Shown one piece after another: positions 56,410-64,000 of a stretch of DNA of 64,000 nt. Below the pieces are notes generated by a model that saw only the letters and a program-made list of their open reading frames with translations, did no database searches and was not told the origin of the DNA. The position numbers were made by a program, and so were the translations under genes. The DNA is from Eledone cirrhosa (lineage: Eukaryota), in NCBI GenBank assembly GCA_964016885.1, contig OZ024765.1, forward strand, positions 20,150,001 to 20,214,000, given 5' to 3'. Each line of letters starts with the position of its first letter. Position 1 is the first letter of the stretch.

Positions 56410-57335
56410 TATCATCATCATCATCATCTTCGTTTAACGTCCACTTTCCACGCTAGAATGGGTTAGACGGGAGTTGTCCCACTTGAGGCAAGGTTGGTCG
56501 GGTGACTGTGTCTCACTCGTATAGGACTGTCTAGCAGGTTTTCTACAGCTGGATGCCCTTCCTAACACCAACCACATTTAAAGTGTGGAACTGGGAACCT
56601 TTTACCGTGTTACCTACACGGCCACATTACAGCGTGGACTGTGTGTTTTCATCGTGACACCTACACGATCTCGATCTCATTATTTCATTTATTTGGACTG
56701 GATGTTGTGGTACCAACTTTATAGAGAGAGGGTGGTGTTGGTGGGAGTGGGAGGATAGGGTAGGGGCAGTGGATTGGGGTGTATATTTGGTTAAGAGGTG
56801 CCTACTGACTAGGTTTCGCTTTGTACATAGGCAAGGCGGGTCTTCTGTATTACTGCGTGGCGCCAAAGATCTCGGTCCAGTATATATGTGTGTATATATA
56901 TATATATTGAGGTGATAAAAGCCGACCTTACCCAATTACACCTCTCAAAGGCAATGACACACGACCGTGACTTCTGGTGTCACGCAGTAATACAGAGTAC
57001 CCGACCTCCCATGGGTACAAGCTGAAGCATATAGACAATATGCCCCCACACCCTCCACCGCAAGGTGGGCATGGAGGTGCCACGGAAAAAAAGCACCCAG
57101 CCCACACTGTAAAGTGGACGTGTAGGCGCCACGGAAAAGCACCCAGCACTCACTGTAAATGAGGTTGGTGTTAGGAAGGGCATCCAGCTGTAGAAATCAA
57201 GTCAAATCAGTTCCTGTATTAGCAAGGCATGGTCAGCTGACCAGACACTGCCCACAACAGGACAACCCGTCTAACCCATGCTAGTGTGGAAGAACGGACG
57301 TAAAACGGTGATGATGATGATGATGATGATGATGT
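56410..57335. mobile_element. Two divergent RTE 3'-end fragments (56410-56880 minus; 56908-57335 plus)
   Basis: Second fragment matches the reverse complement of the full-length element 3' end (52017-52425); both end in (GAT)n. Confidence 0.85.
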
Positions 57336-57424
57336 GTATTATATATATATATATATATAATACATATGAAAATGAGAAAGCTCATCACTAGAACAGCCAT
57401 TCAAACAGCTAATTGCCTCAGAGA

Positions 57425-60400
57425 ACAGTGACCAGTGGTCAACAGAGAGACAATCCACAAAGTGGGTGACAGGTAGATGATATGTCTGAGAGGACAGAGA
57501 CCAGTGACCAGTGGTCAACAGAGAGACAATCCACAAGCTGAGTGACAGGTAGATGATATATAATGTCTGAGAGGACAGAGACCAGTGACCAGTGGTCAAC
57601 AGAGAGGCAATCCACAAGGTGGGTGACAGGCAGATGATATATAATGTCTGAGAGGACAGAGACCAGTGACCAGTGGTCAACAGAGAGACAATCCACAAGG
57701 TGGGTGACAGGTAGATGATATATAATGTCTGAGAGGACAGAGACCAGTGACCAGTGGTCAACAGAGAGACAATCCATGGGGTGGGTGACAGGCAGATGAT
57801 ATATAATGTCTGAGAGGACAGAGACCAGTGACCAGTGGTCAACAGAGAGACAATCCATGAGGTGGGTGACAGGCAGATGATATATAATGTCTGAGAGGAC
57901 AGAGACCAGTGACCAGTGGTCAACAGAGAGACAATCCATGAGGTGGGTGACAGGTAGATGATATATAATGTCTGAGAGGACAGAGACCAGTGACCAGTGG
58001 TCAACAGAGAGACAATCCATGGGGTGGGTGACAGGCAGATGATATATAATGTCTGAGAGGACAGAGACCAGTGACCAGTGGTCAACAGAGAGACAATCCA
58101 TGAGGTGGGTGACAGGCAGATGATATATAATGTCTGAGAGGACAGAGACCAGTGACCAGTGGTCAACAGAGAGACAATCCATGAGGTGGGTGACAGGTAG
58201 ATGATATATAATGTCTGAGAGGACAGAGACCAGTGACCAGTGGTCAACAGAGAGACAATCCATGGGGTGGGTGACAGGCAGATGATATATAATGTCTGAG
58301 AGGACAGAGACCAGTGACCAGTGGTCAACAGAGAGACAATCCATGAGGTGGGTGACAGGCAGATGATATATAATGTCTGAGAGGACAGAGACCAGTGACC
58401 AGTGGTCAACAGAGAGACAATCCATGAGGTGGGTGACAGGCAGATGATATATAATGTCTGAGAGGACAGAGAACAGAGACCAGTGGTCAACAGAGAGACA
58501 ATCCATGAGGTGGGTGACAGGTAGATGATATATAATGTCTGAGAGGACAGAGACCAGTGACCAGTGGTCAGCAGAGAGACAATCCATGAGGTGGGTGACA
58601 GGTAGATGATATATAATGTCTGAGAGGACAGAGACCAGTGACCAGTGGTCAACAGAGAGACAATCCATGAGGTGGGTGACAGGCAGATGATATATAATGT
58701 CTGAGAGGACAGAGACCAGCAGCCAGTGGTCAACAGAGAGACAATCCATGAGGTGGGTGACAGGCAGATGATATATAATGTCTGAGAGGACAGAGACCAG
58801 TGACCAGTGGTCAACAGAGAGACAATCCATGAGGTGGGTGACAGGTAGATGATATATAATGTCTGAGAGGACAGAGACCAGTGACCAGTGGTCAACAGAG
58901 AGACAATCCATGAGGTGGGTGACAGGCAGATGATATATAATGTCTGAGAGGACAGAGACCAGTGACCAGTGGTCAACAGAGAGGCAATCCATGGGGTGGG
59001 TGACAGGCAGATGATATATAATGTCTGAGAGGACAGAGACCAGCAGCCAGTGGTCAACAGAGAGACAATCCATGAGGTGGGTGACAGGCAGATGATATAT
59101 AATGTCTGAGAGGACAGAGACCAGTGACCAGTGGTCAACAGAGAGACAATCCATGAGGTGGGTGACAGGCAGATGATATATAATGTCTGAGAGGACAGAG
59201 ACCAGCAGCCAGTGGTCAACAGAGAGACAATCCATGAGGTGGGTGACAGGCAGATGATATATAATGTCTGAGAGGACAGAGACCAGTGACCAGTGGTCAA
59301 CAGAGAGACAATCCATGAGGTGGGTGACAGGTAGATGATATATAATGTCTGAGAGGACAGAGACCAGTGACCAGTGGTCAACAGAGAGACAATCCATGAG
59401 GTGGGTGACAGGCAGATGATATATAATGTCTGAGAGGACAGAGACCAGTGACCAGTGGTCAACAGAGAGGCAATCCATGGGGTGGGTGACAGGCAGATGA
59501 TATATAATGTCTGAGAGGACAGAGACCAGTGACCAGTGGTCAACAGAGAGACAATCCATGAGGTGGGTGACAGGCAGATGATATATAATGTCTGAGAGGA
59601 CAGAGACCAGTGACCAGTGGTCAACAGAGAGGCAATCCATGGGGTGGGTGACAGGCAGATGATATATAATGTCTGAGAGGACAGAGACCAGTGACCAGTG
59701 GTCAACAGAGAGACAATCCATGAGGTGGGTGACAGGCAGATGATATATAATGTCTGAGAGGACAGAGACCAGTGACCAGTGGTCAACAGAGAGACAATCC
59801 ATGAGGTGGGTGACAGGCAGATGATATATAATGTCTGAGAGGACAGAGAACAGAGACCAGTGGTCAACAGAGAGACAATCCATGAGGTGGGTGACAGGCA
59901 GATGATATATAATGTCTGAGAGGACAGAGAACAGAGACCAGTGGTCAACAGAGAGACAATCCATGAGGTGGGTGACAGGCAGATGATATATAATGTCTGA
60001 GAGGACAGAGACCAGTGACCAGTGGTCAACAGAGAGACAATCCATGAGGTGGGTGACAGGTAGATGATATATAATGTCTGAGAGGACAGAGACCAGTGAC
60101 CAGTGGTCAACAGAGAGACAATCCATGAGGTGGGTGACAGGCAGATGATATATAATGTCTGAGAGGACAGAGAACAGAGACCAGTGGTCAACAGAGAGAC
60201 AATCCATGAGGTGGGTGACAGGCAGATGATATATAATGTCTGAGAGGACAGAGAACAGAGACCAGTGGTCAACAGAGAGACAATCCATGAGGTGGGTGAC
60301 AGGCAGATGATATATAATGTCTGAGAGGACAGAGACCAGTGACCAGTGGTCAACAGAGAGACAATCCATGAGGTGGGTGACAGGTAGATGATATATAATG

Positions 60401-61742
60401 TCTGAGAGGACAGAGACCAGTGACCAGTGGTCAACAGAGAGACAATCCATGAGGTGGGTGACAGGCAGATGATATATAATGTCTGAGAGGACAGAGACCA
60501 GTGACCAGTGGTCAACAGAGAGGCAATCCATGGGGTGGGTGACAGGCAGATGATATATAATGTCTGAGAGGACAGAGACCAGTGACCAGTGGTCAACAGA
60601 GAGACAATCCATGAGGTGGGTGACAGGCAGATGATATATAATGTCTGAGAGGACAGAGACCAGTGACCAGTGGTCAACAGAGAGGCAATCCATGGGGTGG
60701 GTGACAGGCAGATGATATATAATGTCTGAGAGGACAGAGACCAGTGACCAGTGGTCAACAGAGAGACAATCCATGAGGTGGGTGACAGGCAGATGATATA
60801 TAATGTCTGAGAGGACAGAGACCAGTGACCAGTGGTCAACAGAGAGACAATCCATGAGGTGGGTGACAGGCAGATGATATATAATGTCTGAGAGGACAGA
60901 GAACAGAGACCAGTGGTCAACAGAGAGACAATCCATGAGGTGGGTGACAGGCAGATGATATATAATGTCTGAGAGGACAGAGAACAGAGACCAGTGGTCA
61001 ACAGAGAGACAATCCATGAGGTGGGTGACAGGCAGATGATATATAATGTCTGAGAGGACAGAGACCAGTGACCAGTGGTCAACAGAGAGACAATCCATGG
61101 GGTGGGTGACAGGTAGATGATATATAATGTCTGAGAGGACAGAGACCAGTGACCAGTGGTCAACAGAGAGACAATCCATGAGGTGGGTGACAGGCAGATG
61201 ATATATAATGTCTGAGAGGACAGAGAACAGAGACCAGTGGTCAACAGAGAGACAATCCATGAGGTGGGTGACAGGCAGATGATATATAATGTCTGAGAGG
61301 ACAGAGAACAGAGACCAGTGGTCAACAGAGAGACAATCCATGAGGTGGGTGACAGGCAGATGATATATAATGTCTGAGAGGACAGAGACCAGTGACCAGT
61401 GGTCAACAGAGAGACAATCCATGGGGTGGGTGACAGGTAGATGATATATAATGTCTGAGAGGACAGAGACCAGTGACCAGTGGTCAACAGAGAGACAACC
61501 CATGAGGTGGGTGACAGGTAGATGATATATAATGTCTCAGAGGACAGAGACCAGTGACCAGTGGTCAACAGAGAGACAATCCATGAGGTGGGTGACAGGC
61601 AGATGATATATAATGTCTGAGAGGACAGAGACCAGTGACCAGTGGTCAACAGAGAGACAATCCATGGGGTGGGTGACAGGCAGATGATATATAATGTCTC
61701 AGAGGACAGAGACCAGTGACCAGTGGTCAGCAGAGAGACAAT
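57425..61742 (+). repeat. 81-bp minisatellite, about 53 copies with higher-order structure
   Basis: Period 81; gaacagagac variant pairs recur at 324-bp and 1053-bp spacing. Confidence 0.97.
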
Positions 61743-61751
61743 GTGTGATGA

Positions 61752-62743
61752 AACACACAAAGAAGTTGAGGGGTTGCAGTCAGGCGAGCTGGGAGGCCAG
61801 ATGTCAGGTGAAGTGTGGTCCACGAAGTTCTCTGACAGCCAGGCTTGGGACTTTCAGCTGGTATGGCAGGGTGCTGAGTCTTGCTGCCACACGTACAGCC
61901 TACCTGCAGCTACCTGGTCGATCTAGGGCTTTACTACCTCGTTCAGAATGCATATGTAGCCATCGGTGTTCAGCTTGAGGCCCTCAGGGAAGAAGTGAGG
62001 TGGCATGACGACACCTAAGACCAATGTTGTCGCTGGAAACTTTGTCTGCATGACTCTGGGCACGTCTTTGGATGAGACAGCGAGCCACCTGTTGTTCTGG
62101 GAGTTGATCTTCTGGTCTTGGCATAAAATGTTCTCGTCTGAGAAAAACCACAGCATGTCTGGCTCCAGTGGGTGTTTCAACTTGTTGATCAGCTTCTTTG
62201 CGTGCTTCAGTCGCTTTTCTTGCATCGCCTTTGACAGAAATCCTCCTTTCCTCATCTTGTATGAAACGTAGTGAATGTCTTCATGTACCACCAGCCTAAT
62301 GAGCTTTTAATCCACGCCTTTCTCCCTTGCAATGGCATGCATCAACTTGCTAGGTTCATTGTTGATGATATCCTGAACTTCAGCGACGAACTCAGGCGTT
62401 CTGAAGGCGTCAGATCATCGATCATGTGTTTTCCTCTCTGATGCTGCTTCGTAGTCGAATCCTGAATCTTCCAATTCCTTTCTGACTTTTTCCACCATTC
62501 TCCTGCTGATGCTGAGAAAGTCTGAAATTTCCTTATTTGTCCTCCCGGCGTGGATTCCAAGAAGAACTCTGTGTCTCTTCCACAAATTTGGAGGTTCAAA
62601 ATTATTCATAATCAATTATTCTGAAAATAAATAATGGAAATATAGTCACTGTTTTTATGAAGACAAGAGTGACAATGGAAGTAAAAAAAATTTGCATAAA
62701 ATTAGCAGTCGAAAATTGCAGAACAAATATCAGCAGCACCCTG
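61752..62743 (-). pseudogene. Tc1/mariner DD37D (maT) transposon 5' part with frameshifted transposase, truncated by the 81-bp satellite
   Basis: TA + TIR CAGGGTGCTGCTGATATTTGTTC at 62743; N-terminal HTH region, FFSDE, QQDSAPCH, WPPSSPDCNP in several frames. Confidence 0.9.
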
Positions 62744-62749
62744 TATTTA

Positions 62750-62965
62750 CACAACATATATACACACACCATATATATACACACCATATATATACACACC
62801 ATATATATACACACCATATATATACACACCATATATACACACAACATATATACACACACCATATATAAACACACCATATATACACACACCATATATATAC
62901 ACACCATATATATACACACCATATATATACACACCATATATATACACACCATATATACACCATAC
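62750..62965 (+). repeat. 15-bp minisatellite (acacaccatatatat)
   Basis: Direct inspection. Confidence 0.9.
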
Positions 62966-63374
62966 CCTAACCTCTTACCTCCATTGATGAAAAACACAGA
63001 CAGAAATTTATAAAATAGATAAACAATAAAAAAAACATCTAAAAAAAACTCAACAAAAATGTAAATAAATAAATGAACCCCTTTTTTAAAAGCCCTTAAA
63101 ACACCTGAGACTGGGGCAAATAAACATTTGGGTTGGTGTCAGTCTTTGGGGCATGTCTGTATATATAAGGGGGAAGGGATTGTGACGGTGGGGTATGTAT
63201 ATATATATATATATATATATGTGGGTGTGTATATGTGAGTGTATATATATATATATATATATACAGAGAGAGAGAGATATGTATGTGTGTATTTATATAC
63301 ATATATATATATATATAAGTGTATGTGTGTGTTTGTCTAAATATGAGGGGTATATGTGTTTATGTATGTGTGTG

Positions 63375-63413
<39 letters not shown>

Positions 63414-63447
63414 TTCTATACACACACACACATATATATATGTATAT

Positions 63448-63493
<46 letters not shown>

Positions 63494-63566
63494 GTATATA
63501 TAAATCTGTATATATATATATATATGTGTGTGTATACATATATATGTATATGTATATATGTATATG

Positions 63567-63598
<32 letters not shown>

Positions 63599-63677
63599 TC
63601 AGTTGTATATATATATATGTATATGTGTATATATATATATATATGCATATATGTATATCTATATGTATATATGTATA

Positions 63678-63748
<71 letters not shown>

Positions 63749-63936
63749 GTATATGTATATATATGTACATATATGTATATGTATCATCATCATCATCATC
63801 ATCACGGTTTTACGTCTGTTCTTCCACACTAGCATGGGTTAGACGGGTTGTCCTGTTGTGGGCAGTGTCTGGTCCGCTGACCATGCCTTGCTCATACAGG
63901 AACTGATTTGGTATATATATATGTATATATATATAC

Positions 63937-63968
<32 letters not shown>

Positions 63969-64000
63969 ATATGTGTGTGTGTATATATATATATATATGT

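Noticed and set aside
57339-61823. 1494-aa and 1354-aa ORFs
   Set aside because: Stop-free frames of an 81-bp satellite fused by chance to a transposase fragment; no domain and no promoter or splice evidence.

Overview
AT-rich, microsatellite-laden animal genomic DNA; the repeat repertoire suggests a coleoid cephalopod (octopus-like), which is an inference. One host gene is present: six phase-compatible + strand exons (4501-21225) of an LRRC46-like leucine-rich-repeat protein, with the first exon probably upstream of the window. The rest is repeats: an intact full-length RTE LINE (1039-aa ORF with a PHD-type finger inserted in the RT) plus many fragments, 11 tRNA-headed SINEs sharing the RTE tail, CR1- and Tx1-like remnants, DD37D (maT) Tc1/mariner relics, non-autonomous Helitrons, MITEs and about ten minisatellites. 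The most striking unannotated signal is a dense population of short non-coding foldback elements embedded in (TA)n tracts. They belong to several unalignable families, carry type I hammerhead-ribozyme motifs (CTGANGA...GAAA...UH, with compensatory stem changes) and share a TTGAGTRC 3' motif, i.e. a Penelope-like/retrozyme-type system. Several minisatellites can be traced to retroelement tails or to the gene's own splice signals.
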